The notes beneath the pieces are model-generated. The model saw only the letters and a program-made list of their open reading frames with translations. It did no database searches and had not been told where the DNA came from. This document shows positions 12,398 through 24,099 of a DNA stretch of 64,000 bases, in pieces (the stretch's first letter is position 1; each line of letters opens with the position of its first letter). The stretch covers positions 1 to 64,000 of the forward strand of contig MCFE01000127.1 in NCBI GenBank assembly GCA_002104905.1, given 5' to 3'. Made by a program: the position numbers and the translations under genes. This DNA comes from Basidiobolus meristosporus CBS 931.73 (lineage: Eukaryota; Fungi; Basidiobolomycota).

Positions 12398-13411
12398 CAT
12401 TGTTTGCTGTAGGGTTTGGTGGGTTAATAGACCACATTATTATATTTATCAGCAGCATATACATGGTAGTGTCTCAAACTAAATGGGAAAGAGTGCTACA
12501 TGTAGAAGTGTAAGTGGTACCACGGCTTTATTTATAATGCTTAAAGCAGTGGGTCATCATTGATTAATACACATATGTAGTTGCAATGTCCTAAATATAA
12601 GATTGTCTTGAGATCACTTGCATATTGACAAAAAAGTAATAAAATAGTGTAATGTTGTTGAGTGTTGAGATGTTTGCCCATTGGACATGACTTCTTTGAC
12701 TCAACACTGAAAGGGAAGGGAAAAAATATATGACTACTGTGAGAATTCCCTCATCCATGAGGCATATCAATGGCATAGGAAGCATCATCAGGATTGCAGC
12801 TAGTGTTTTGCCACGCAAGTCATATTTGAGCATTCATAAGTCACTACTATATCAGTATTATATTGCCAGTCACTCAATAGTTACATAACAGCACATAGTC
12901 ATACTTCTCATCTTGTGCAAACTTAATCAGGTGAGCTTGTGATGCATTTAGGTTCACCTTGGCATCTTGAATATAGGCTGCAGAGTGATGACACTGAAGA
13001 GGAAGGATCAGTGTTAAATTCTGAGCCTATCTTGTCTAACCACAGTACCCATCATGAGCCCAGCAAAATTTGATTGTGCAATCAGATAATGACCATGGAA
13101 AAAAGTGCCAAGGATACTTTCTGGAGCCAAGTGAGCCAAGTATTTCATTTACTGGTGAATCATAAAATGTTGTAGTTAGAGAAGTGGCATACTTTGACCA
13201 ATATTGAGAATTGGGGCATTGTGAGTCTACTGCCACTTCTTACCAAAATCATCACAGGATGTAACTTGCTATGTAATTGGTACAAATGAACAACTGTCAT
13301 GCAGCTGGCAACATATGACCCAGAGACCAACCCAATGCCAGCATGTTTTATCAGTTGCAATACATTTGCATTAAATAATGTCACTATTGTAAGGTGTTCA
13401 ACTTGTCAGGA
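12398..13411 (+). mobile_element. Continuation of the host CACTA-like copy: divergent intergenic region and transposase 5' part
   Basis: Collinear with the reverse complement of 24730-25110 and 9050-9990. Interrupted at 13411 by a new terminus; collinear transposase sequence resumes at ~20879. Confidence 0.7.
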
Positions 13412-14281
13412 CCATATGCAAAATAATTTTGTCCCACTGGTAGATCCACTGTGGATCAGCCATCAGGATTCCATAATAAGTCTATCATAGTGCCTACAGC
13501 TTGGAATTATTGGCCCTCCACAGAATACAATGACAGGATTGCAACAATATTTTGCAGATTTTACTGTCAAATAAAGTACAAAACTTGAAAGTGTTTTTGC
13601 AGTTGTTTAACAAGAACATCATGGCATTCCAACAGTCTTAATGCACTCTACACTTATTTGGGCAATAAACTTGATGGTGTTTTATTGGCCTCATTACTCA
13701 CCCATGCTGGCATTATACTGGCAGTATGGTGGCCTACTGATAGGTCTGTACAATGCTACTGTGCTACTACAAAATGGTATTAACTTTTTCTACCTCTGCT
13801 TGTGCCATTCATATATTCCACTGTAGAGTCACTCCTCATTATTTGCTTACCCACTACTACATGGGTCTTACACATATAGCTTGAATCAAAAAAACTATAG
13901 CCTCTGGCTTACTAACCTCCAGAAATGTGCGCACCTGCTGCAATTATCATACTTCTATTACCTTAACTTTACAGCTTTTTAGTGTGACACTTAGCTGTAT
14001 AGTGGCCTACAGCAAGTTCTGTATATTGCTACCATACCAATTTACCAAATGGTATTTGCTTTTTCTACCTCCTGTTGCACAATTCATATATTCTACTTTA
14101 GAATCACCACCCTTTATTGGCTTACCCACCACTATCTTGGGTATTCCATATATAGTTTGGATCAAAAAAACTATGGCCTCCTGCTTACTAACCTCTGCAA
14201 ACATGCTCACACCTGCTGCAATTGACACACTTCTACCACCTCCACTTTATGGCTGCTTAGTGTGATGCTTTTAACGTTATT

Positions 14282-15014
14282 AGACTTGCTCTGTTGGGTA
14301 GTGCCACATTGAGCCATGAGCGCCAAATGATGCCATAGTGTGCCAGGGAGGCCAAGTGTGCCTATACTTTGCCACAGAGTCTGAAACATAGCTCTGCATC
14401 TTCATGCAAAGCAGCTCCTGTGTTTCACCCATTGTATTAGAGAAAATCCATTTTTTAACCTTTTTTTTGGATCAATGTTGTGCAAGATGTGTAAGAGCAT
14501 AGAACAACTGAAGATATGCATCTGGTACTCCATACCCATGGCACTCTGAATCTGGCTGCTGTAGCTTGTATTGTGTCACAAAAATGCATGGCACTATCTT
14601 GATCCACTGGTACTATCTGGCAATATAAGTGCTTTATATAGATCTAACTTTAGGGCTGATATTTAAATATAGGGCCTGATAGTACCAGGGGACCAAGATA
14701 GTGCCATGCATTTTTGTGACATGATACAAGCTACAGGAGCTAGATCCAGAGTGCCAAGGGTATTGAGTACCAGATGCATGTCTTCAGTCCTTCTGTGCTC
14801 TTACACATCCTGCACAACATTGATCAAAAAAAGAAGATCAAAAAATGGATTTTCTCCGGCATGGTGGATGAAACCAAGGGGCTGCTTTGCATGCAGATGA
14901 ATGACTATATTTCACACTCTGTGGCCTAGTATAGGCTTACTTGGCCTTCCTGGCACACTATGGTATCATTTGGCACTCATGGCTCAATGTGGCACTATCC
15001 TACAGAACAAGTCC
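14282..15014. mobile_element. Foldback/MITE-like element, 733 bp, second copy in opposite orientation
   Basis: AGACTTGCTC...GAACAAGTCC with long inverted arms. The spacer is the reverse complement of the spacer in 5753-6487. Flanks ATT (14279-14281) and ACT (15015-15017). Host transposase sequence is collinear across it. Confidence 0.9.
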
Positions 15015-17879
15015 ACTATATATCTTGTATGGCTGGAAACATGTACATCCTGCAAATATATGCTAGGTTACCAACACTTCTGCCATAAGTATTGCCTGAA
15101 TATCTGCAAAGAACTTTTTGCTATTTAGCCAATGTATTCCTTCTCCCTGCTGGATTTTAGACTTCCTTTTAGGTGCATTCTGGCTCCCAAAGGGTAAAGC
15201 AAGGTCCAATATTCTCAACACACCAAGCAAGATGTAGTAGCAAATGAATACAGTAGCAGCAGAGATCTATTCAATCAGCATTATGTTTGTAGTATAACTG
15301 CTCAAATCCCATAACAAACACTGTGCACAACTGATGTTGATATGTTAAGTTGGCATTGGTGATCCACTTCTGAATTATTATTTCTACAATGTCCAAATAT
15401 GACTCCCTTTGCTTCCAATGTACTCTTGGTGGATATGGCTTCAGAAGTTCCCTTGAATAAATACATATCTAGCTCATCCAATACTTGCACTTGTATTGCC
15501 ATATATGCATATGAATGTTACTTGGGGCCAATGAGAAGTACTCAGGGTAGCAGATATTCTGTAATATCTTGCTCATTCTTTCAAATCACTTCAGTATCTC
15601 AAAGGGCTCATTTAACTTGATATGCCCCATGTTCAACTTGGTCTTAAGAATAGGGATATTATTGAAAAGCAAATGCATTGCTCCCAATGGAAAGCTTTTG
15701 CACCAGCAGATAGCCTCTTTCTTAAATATCTCCAGTTTGCAATTAAATCAATATTCTGGATGATGGCTTACAGCTTCCAACTTTGCTGCAATTGCATGCT
15801 GACTACTGTACATTCTCTCTGTGGAAAGATGATGCTCTTAGTATTGGTGTTTGGGTAATAATAATGTGTGTGAATTATGGGTAAGTCCCCTGGGTCTCAT
15901 ATATCTGAGAACAATACCACTCATTGTGCCCAGAGAAGCTGGCTATCTTGCAGATGGCTGGGGTATCTCCAATGCATAAAATAATATGCGCTTTTACATG
16001 ATGGCCATTTACTGTTTTCTTGCTGGAAAGCATACAAAATTCATCCAGCAATGGATGCAGGTAGCTATCCAGGTTTGACAGTGATTTAGGCCCAGATGCC
16101 AGTGAGATAACCATCCAATTATTGCTCTGATACTGTAAGATGGGAGACAGATTCAGATTGATAAGAATCAGTAGCCAGCAGGACTTGCTGGTAGAGTACC
16201 AGTTTGATGAGAATCCATCTAGTGCCAAGGCAAAGGCATGGCCATACCTACCTTCAAAGTAGGCCTTGCTTCTTAGCTGTTTGTAATGCTTGCCATCAAA
16301 TACATCTGATATGTTTGTGCTTGATTGATACGAAGCGTGGTACTTTATAGCTTCACAACACTTGCCAGACTGCATGAGCTTCTTTATACTGGGTAATATT
16401 GGAATATATCTGGAGTGTGAGCAATGTTTCCCCCAATAGTGGTGAATTCCTGGCAAGTTAATCACCTTGCACTGGAGGAATTCTCTAACATGAATGCCAT
16501 GCAACTTGTAACACATGCTGGTATCAGGACAGTCTCTGGGTCATATTTTACCTACTGCACAACAGTTTTTTATTAATTCCATGAGCATGATAAGTTGTAT
16601 CCCTGGATGATTTTGCCAAGAAGTAGCAGTAAATCCTCAAAGCCCCCATTATTGATACTAGTGGGAGTGCCCCACTTTGCTAGCTACAACATCACATCAT
16701 TCACCAGCAGATGGATTTCTGTGCTCACTTGATTCCATATAGTATCCTTAGCTTTTTTCTATGAGTATTTTCTCATTGCACAAGGGGATTTTGCCAGGCT
16801 CATGCAGGGTACTGATGTTAGGGAAGATAGGCTCACAATCCGTCAGTGAGCCTGCTTCTTCAGAGCTATCACTCTGCATGCCATATTCAGAAGGCTGGCA
16901 TTAGCCTAAAGATGTCACAAACTCTCCTGACTCAGTTTGTGCAAGGTGCTAAGTATGGCCAGATGCCTTTATAGAAGTATCAACTGGCTGACAAGATTTT
17001 TTTGGTACAGTAGTGGCTGGTGAATGGTCAAATATGACTTGTATGGCAAAACACTGGCTGTGATCCTTGTAATACTTCCTATGCTGCCTGCATGCTTCAT
17101 TGCTGAGAGGCTTGCTACAATAACAACATGGTCTTTTTTCTCTTCTCTTATGGTGTTGAATCAAAGTAGTCTTGTCCTTGTTGCAAATAGTTTGGGCTTC
17201 ATCAGTGTAATGCTATTATATCACTTTTTTATCATTACTCATATGAATTCAAGACAGCATTGTTTTTAAGACATTGCACCTACATGAATGTAAGAATCTA
17301 TGATGACCTGCCATAGTAAGCATTATAAATAAGGTTGTGGCACAACATACACTTGTATATGCAACACCAATTCCCCTTTTGTCTGACTCACTTCCATATA
17401 TATACCACCAAAAGAAAGAGCAAAGTTATCTGGTTCCCAACTAAGCCCCACTGCTGACAGCAGCAGAAGAATAGTGAAAAACAGCTTGCTCTGACATTCA
17501 GTGCAAGTAGCAGGGCTACAACCAAAAAATGCCCTGTAGAGAGTGTGCCACTGAAGGTAATAATGTAGACTCCTCAGGATTGCAGTCAAGTAGGCAATTG
17601 GGAATCTCAGCAGAGCAGCAAGCTGGCCATATTGCTGGGGCAGATAAGAATGTAGCAAAAGCAGTACCTTTACTGAAGACTGGCAAGTGGCCATCATAAC
17701 ATCACCACCACCTGTATTAGTAGGTATGCTAGCAGCTCATACCAAAGCTTTAATGAAGCAGTTACGTGCAGTAGCTGACAAGATAAAAGTAATGGCCCAG
17801 AGAAATTGAGAAATAGTCAAGAGCAAGATGGGTGGGTAAAAGGTGTAGAGCAATCAATATCCCAGGTACAGAAAGCAGT

Positions 17880-18089
17880 AGACCTGTTCTATCATTCCAG
17901 CTGATTATAGTGCCAATAGTGCCATAGCATGCCAGATGGTGCATGATTATGCCACAGAGTGCCAGATGGTACCATACAGTGCCAATTTGGGATCAAAATT
18001 GACATGCATATGACCCTAGAATATCAAATTAACAACAAAATATACGGCACTTTCTGGCACTATGATCAATGGCACAATGGAACAAGTCT
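17880..18089. mobile_element. 210-bp MITE with the same termini as the foldback elements, AGT target duplication
   Basis: AGACCTGTTC...GGAACAAGTCT. AGT at 17877-17879 and 18090-18092. The empty-site sequence GAAAGCAGTATCTTTG is seen in the uninterrupted ORF-X copy near 10470. Repeated GTGCCA/TGGCAC motifs. Confidence 0.85.
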
Positions 18090-19853
18090 AGTATCTTTGC
18101 TGCAAAGAAGGAACTCAAGTAGCTCAATATCACAGCCAGTACTTGAGCCTTTTCCAAATTTAACAGCAGGGGAACACCATAGAGTCTTTGAAGCACAACA
18201 ACAGTGCCCAATGGTAAAGCCTACAGAAAAACCTATCACAGCATGGGAGGGAGAAAATGTAGTGTTTATGCCAAAGCCTAATAGTCAAAAGATATTGAAG
18301 ATCTGTGTAGCCACTGAGTAAATGATGAAGAGTGAGCCAATATTCAAGAAGCCATTAGAAGTCTAGCATGCCAACACCTCAAGGCTGGCATACCAAGAGA
18401 CTATCAGGAATTCAAAGCCAAGCAGAATGCACTTGACTTGTTCCATGAGCATTATACTGGATTCAAATGAGCAAACAGTCTTTGGGACAGTATTGGTATG
18501 CTAAGTGAGTTTCTCAAGAATTGCAGAAACTATCTAAGGCAGAAGAACAAGGGTCCAATAGCAAAAAACCAGCGGTTTCCTCAAGATCTTTTCACAAGCA
18601 GGGCCAAAGCTCCAAACATGCAATTGAGAGGCATCAGGTAGCTGGAAGAGTGCTGATAAGGGAAAAGCAGGCAGACACAGATGCAGCAGCACAACACTTA
18701 CCAAGGAAAAAGTGTACAGAAGGCAGGCCAAAACAGATGCATCAGAGCAGCAGTTATCAAGGGGAAAATGTGGTTCAATACAAGGAGTACTCAGATAAAG
18801 TAGAAGTGAAAGACCTGGCAGTGATAAAGGAGAAAGTATAGGGGAAATAGCTTACCCAAGCCAGAGACAGGGAAGCATAAGAAAAAAGCCACAGTTCTTT
18901 TCAACTGATGCTGTAAGCCTAGAGCAGACTGATTCCATCATAGCCAGGAAGAATTACCAAAAAGAAAACAGAGATTTCACAAGAGTTGGAAGTGCAGCCA
19001 GTTGAGCTACACTCCAGTGAGGTAGAGGGGTTTGTAGAGAAAGGTAATTAGTTTACCGCAGCCCCCATATCCTCTATTGTTGACCAAGTGGAGAGCCCAC
19101 TGACCAATAGTGTAGCAACATCAAGAACTCAAAATGTTATCACAATGCCTTGGTTTGAATTTTGGAACATCAATAGGCACACCAATAGGTTGCAGCACTT
19201 CATCAGAGCAGTGCTCCAGAAAATACACTGGAATATTGCAAGGACTTATTGCAAAGACTGGCAGATGAGGAGCTATACCTTGCAGTGCCTGCTGAAGACC
19301 AGGATTTGTGAAACCCAGTGAATGAACAATGGCATAAAGCTGTAGGGTTTCTACCAAGGTTGTCCAAATGGACAGTCACAGCAGAAATACTTATTGAGTG
19401 GTGGTTCTTGTTGGAGTTGCTTGTTGAGTATGGGCTTAAGCATAATATTAATGTAAAGTATAGGGACTTGTATTGGTCAATACAATTAGCAACTGAGGAA
19501 CAACTGAAATTTCAATGCAAATAAATCAATTTGTATGCATGAAAAATAAGAGAAATGGTAGAGTTAGGTAGTAAGGTGTGTGAGCAAGAGGCAATAGCCA
19601 ATCAATGCTCACAAACTCTATAGGTGATAAAGTGTCAGGGATCAGAAAGTGAGAAAATTGGCAGAGAACCAATCAAACACTACTTTTTTATTGTTTTGAT
19701 TGAAAATTTGGCCAAGTTTATTTGATATATGGGGTGCAATTACATGTTGACAGTCTTTGCACAGTGTCCTGATGGAATCAATAACTCTTTGTTGTGGGAC
19801 TTAGAATCCATGATGGCCTTATGTTGGGACCATCAGTATAAATTCTCATAGGG

Positions 19854-20878
19854 ACATGATTGGTTGCTACCACTTTTGCCATAAGTACCTCCTGATTATC
19901 CACAAAGAACTTCTTAGTATTTAGTCAGTATATTCCTTCTCCATGCTGGATTCTAGTCCCCATTACAGGTGCGCTCTGGTTGTTGTCCTATGAATTCAAT
20001 ACTGAATAGTGAAGAAACTGGCTTGTGACCAAAAGAAATGTAGCATACCTTGGTAAAGCAGTGCTACTGAAAATTAGTTGCCTATTGCTCCAACCCAACT
20101 TTGCATTTCTTAACCAATTAACCAAGTATTGGGGTTGCTTAGATTCTTGATGCCAAAGACATAGGTGTCTCCATGTTCACATTTGTCCACAGTATTTCCA
20201 ACTCTTGCTGGCTATCCTCCTTGTACCAACTCATCACATCCATTACAGACTTGAAGGTAATATTTTTGATGAGTTTGCAATATGGCAGTACCTGCAAGTT
20301 AACTCAGCTTCCTATCTCACCACACATTTGCTCCATAGGGAACTCCCAAAAGGTGAAGCAAGGCCAATATTTTCCACCCACTAAGCAAGATTGAGCAGAT
20401 AATGAATATAGTTGCAGCAGAGATCCACATATTTTGCTCTATGCATGTAATATAGCCACTTAAATACTGTCACAAACCCCTTGCAAAAAAGCTGTAGATG
20501 TGTCAGGTTGGCATTGGTGATCTACTACTGGATAAATACTCCTACAATGTCAGCATATGACTTTCAATACTTTCTATGTACTCTTCGTAGATTTGGCTTT
20601 GGAAGGCCACTTGTTTAAGTACATATCTGGTTCATCCAGTTGTTTCATTTGTATTGTCATGTATGCTTATGAATAATTATTAGAGCCCATGAGAAGTACT
20701 TTGGGTATTGAATACACTGCAATATACTGCCAATTCTTTCAGATTTCTCCAGTATATCTAAGGGTTCATTTAGCTTGGTATGCCCCATGTACAACTTGGT
20801 CATCAGTATTGGGATATTGTTTAAATGTAAATGAGTTGCTGCTGGTGGAAAGCATTTACTCCAGCAGAAACCCTCTGA
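19854..20878 (-). mobile_element. CACTA-like transposase fragment
   Basis: Homologous to 15060-15720 and to the reverse complement of 2600-3600 (LHLNNIPILMTKLYMGH; CFTFWEFPME). Confidence 0.7.
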
Positions 20879-21650
20879 ACTCATCAGTATAAGAGAAAAA
20901 TATTACTCACACTGCATATATACTGCAGTAATGCCCTGTCTAAAGAAGCTTATGTAGTCCAACAAGTATGGTGAAGCTATAAAGTGCGGTGCTCAGTATC
21001 AATCAAGTGCAAATATATCCAGTATATCTGATGATTGACATTACAAACTGCTAAGAAGCAAGGGCTACCTGGAGGGTATGTGTGACTGTGCCTTTGCCTT
21101 GGCCCTTGGTGAAATCTCACTGAATAAGTACTCTGCCAGCCAATCCTGCTGGCCACTGATTCTCATCAATCTGAATCTGCTGTCAATCTTACAATATTAG
21201 AGCAGAAATCTGATGGTATCCTCACTGAGATCTGGGCCTATTTCACTATCCAACTAGGATAGTTGCCTGCATCTATTGCTATATAATCTTGTATGCTATT
21301 TGGCTGGATACTACAAGGTGACTATCATAAAAAAGTGCATTTTATCAACTGTATTGGAGATACCTCAGCCATCAGCAAGATAGCTGACTTTTCTGGGCAC
21401 AATGGAAGCTGTTGCCAAATGTGTGAAATTCAGAGGATATACTTCATAATTCACATATGTGATAGTCCAAGCACCAAAATTCATAATGTCATCTTTCCAC
21501 AGAGAGAACATGCAGAAGTCAGCATTCAATTGCAGCAAAGCTGTCCAGCTATAAGCTATTTGCCAGAATAAGGAATTAATCAAAGACCAGCCGTTGAGAA
21601 ATAACTTGGTCCTACTGATGGATCCAATCCAAATCAGCCATCAGAATCCT
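20879..21650 (+). mobile_element. CACTA-like transposase fragment followed by a degenerate terminus stub
   Basis: AFALAL, SCWPLILINLNL and CIGDTSAISKIADF motifs. At 21591 CCGTTGAGAAATAACTTGGTCCTACTGATGGATCC resembles the 6925 terminus. Confidence 0.7.
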
Positions 21651-23011
21651 GCACTGAGTTAAAGACTATTCCCAGATCCAGGAACTAGACTTTAAGGAAA
21701 TAATTGCTCTGGATGCTATGTTTAACTCCATTGGGACAGTTCCAGCCCTGGCTGCTGTACACAGTCTAGATTTACACCAAATGGACATCAAAAACCGCTT
21801 TTCTGAATAAGGACTTGGAACAAACTATATATATGGAGCAACTAGAAGGTTTTACCAATCCAAAAGGCCCCCATAAAGTGTGCAGACTTAAGAAACTGTT
21901 GTATGTGGCTAAGCAGGCACCTAGAGCATGGTATAACAGGATTGACACATATCTAGTGGAGATTGAGTTCATTTGTAGCACTGCAGATCACTGTATATAT
22001 GTGGAACAGCTCAAAAAGAGTGTGACTATCCTAGTTGTTTATGTGGCTGACTTAATAATAGCTACTAGTGACCAGGAGGCACTTTAACAGACAGAATCAG
22101 ATCTCTTCAACAAGTTTTAGGTGAAAATGACTCAAATATGAATCAAAACCTTCCCTATCAATCAATGGTTGATAGCCTGATGTACTTGATGGTGTCTACA
22201 TGTCCAGATTCTGCAGTGGTGGTTGGAATAGCCAGTCAATTAATGCAGTATTATGGATCAGATCAAATTACAGCAGCTAAGTGGACTTTCAGCTATCTAC
22301 AAGGCACCATATATATGGTACTGGAATACTCTGGAGCCGCTAACAGGCAATGATCTGATGGCTATAGTGATTCAGATTGGGTAGGGATCTGATTAACAGA
22401 CGCTCTACAACTGGGTATATATTTCTTTATGCTGGTGCAGCTATTACTTGGAGTTGCAAGAAACAATCAGCTTTGGCCCTATCTACAGCCTAAGTTGAAT
22501 ATATGGCTGCTTGCCAAGCAACTCAGGAGGCTAAATGGCTACAGAAGTTACTCAACAACTTAGGCTTTAATTCAGATGAACCAATATATATTTGCAAAGA
22601 TAATCAAAGATGTATTTCATTAGCTGGGAATTCCACTATTCATGCCAGAACAGGCACATAGATAATCAGCACCACTTTGAGAGGGAAAATGTAGAAAAGA
22701 ACTTAGTAGAGTTAGTTTACTGTCCAGCTGACAAATTGTTGGCAGCTATATTGATAAAACCCCTAGCTAGACCATAACTTGAGAATCTAAGAGAGATATT
22801 CAAATCTTGAATCTATCTAGATCAGGGGGAGTGTTGAAATATTGGACTATTTGGTATCATTCAGATGCTGGTAACTTACTTAACAATTCTGCACTAGTCT
22901 TTTGTCCCTGCAGGACTAATTTGCAGCTCCAACTTTGACAGCTTCTTCAGATCTATGATTCTATGATTATTCCTGTATAGTCAAGATCAAATTTACACTT
23001 TTTATCAAACA
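21650..23011 (+). mobile_element. Ty1/copia remnant: reverse transcriptase, RNase H, PPT and start of 3' LTR
   Basis: LDLHQMDIK, KVCRLKKLLYVAKQAPRAWYNRIDTYL, YVADL (decayed YVDD), SDSDW...RRSTTGYIF, KDNQ. PPT AGGGGGAG followed by TGTTGA at 22832. LTR end uncertain. Confidence 0.85.
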
Positions 23012-23139
23012 CTGAATACTACCCCTGAAACTGTTACAGAATGCTCCTGAATGTTAAGAAACGCTCCTTACTTAGTGTCACAACTGTGCTACTTCCACAA
23101 AGATATAAATAGTGACCCTCTTATGAACAAACAATAGCT

Positions 23140-23700
23140 CAACTGTTATCACTTTTTCTTAATAAGTCCATGATATCCGTATCACTTCTTAATTTGCAAC
23201 AGTATTTTCCTGAAAGTCATCAGTAGAGTACTCAACATTACCAATGGGGTCCATTCCTTCATTTGCCCTAGTAGAGATCTACACTCATAGATGTATTGCT
23301 TAACTACTCCTTTCTGTTGGAGTGGCTTAAGCTACTTTCTTAGCAATATATACTAAGGTTGTCATTGTGAACATCTTAAATACTTGACATATACTCATGC
23401 CACATAGAGGAAGTAGAGCATCCTAATATATTGGCAGACCTGATCTTCTAAAGGTATCACTAAAAAGCTGCATCAACCAGGTAAGAAGCTGTATGCTCTA
23501 ACCTACTTTTGGAGCAGTTCCTTTAGCTTTAAAGATTTCTTATATTAAAAAGAGCCAAGTTCTTGTTGTAACATTGGCTAGTTCTGAGCCATTGTGTTCA
23601 TTCCTTGTTTCTGCTGGCTTAGAGCCTGGTGTAACTGTTGCTGTAGGGCCAGAATATGCTACATAGCATACTTCCATTCTTCTTTTCTGACCTCTTAGGG
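23140..23700 (-). mobile_element. Probable Ty3/gypsy gag remnant
   Basis: Broken frames give VKQYIYECRSLLGQM and MDPIGNVEYSTDDFQENT, resembling retrotransposon gag. Heavily decayed. Confidence 0.4.
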
Positions 23701-24099
23701 GGGGTTTCTGGTTACTGCAACTTCCAATGTTACAGGTCTTAGAATCATAGTTGTCAAGGAAAAGAGAGTTTAGTCAGTATTACACTCACTCACACCTGCA
23801 CTGATTTTTTTTGAGGTTTCAGCAGCTCTGTGTATACCTCTTGCCCAATCAAGTGCTGCCTAGTCATTTCCTTTAGTGTGGGTTGTAGAACATGACTCAT
23901 TCAGTTATATCATTATCACCCAATTATCTTTCACTTAATATGTCTATTTGTGCCTAATAAGTAGCTGCTGATTCACATGCTGGTTGATATTATAGACTTA
24001 GTATATATCACTGATATACTGCAAGGCTAAGCATAAACCTGATTGATATGACTAAAACTGACCCAACTTATGCATCCAAGAAGCATTAAAGACATCAAA

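Larger units (their letters stand above)
13412..19853. mobile_element. Near full-length CACTA/EnSpm-like element (~5.5 kb after removing two MITE insertions)
   Basis: Left end CCATATGCAAAATAATTTTGTCCCAC, right end AATTCTCATAGGG. Tnp2 on - (ORF 15875-16516: AFALALDGFS...SCWLLILINLNL...SNLDSYLHPLLDEF...CIGDTPAICK; 5' Cys/His motif at 16949-17164). ORF-X on + (17398-19524). Confidence 0.85.
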
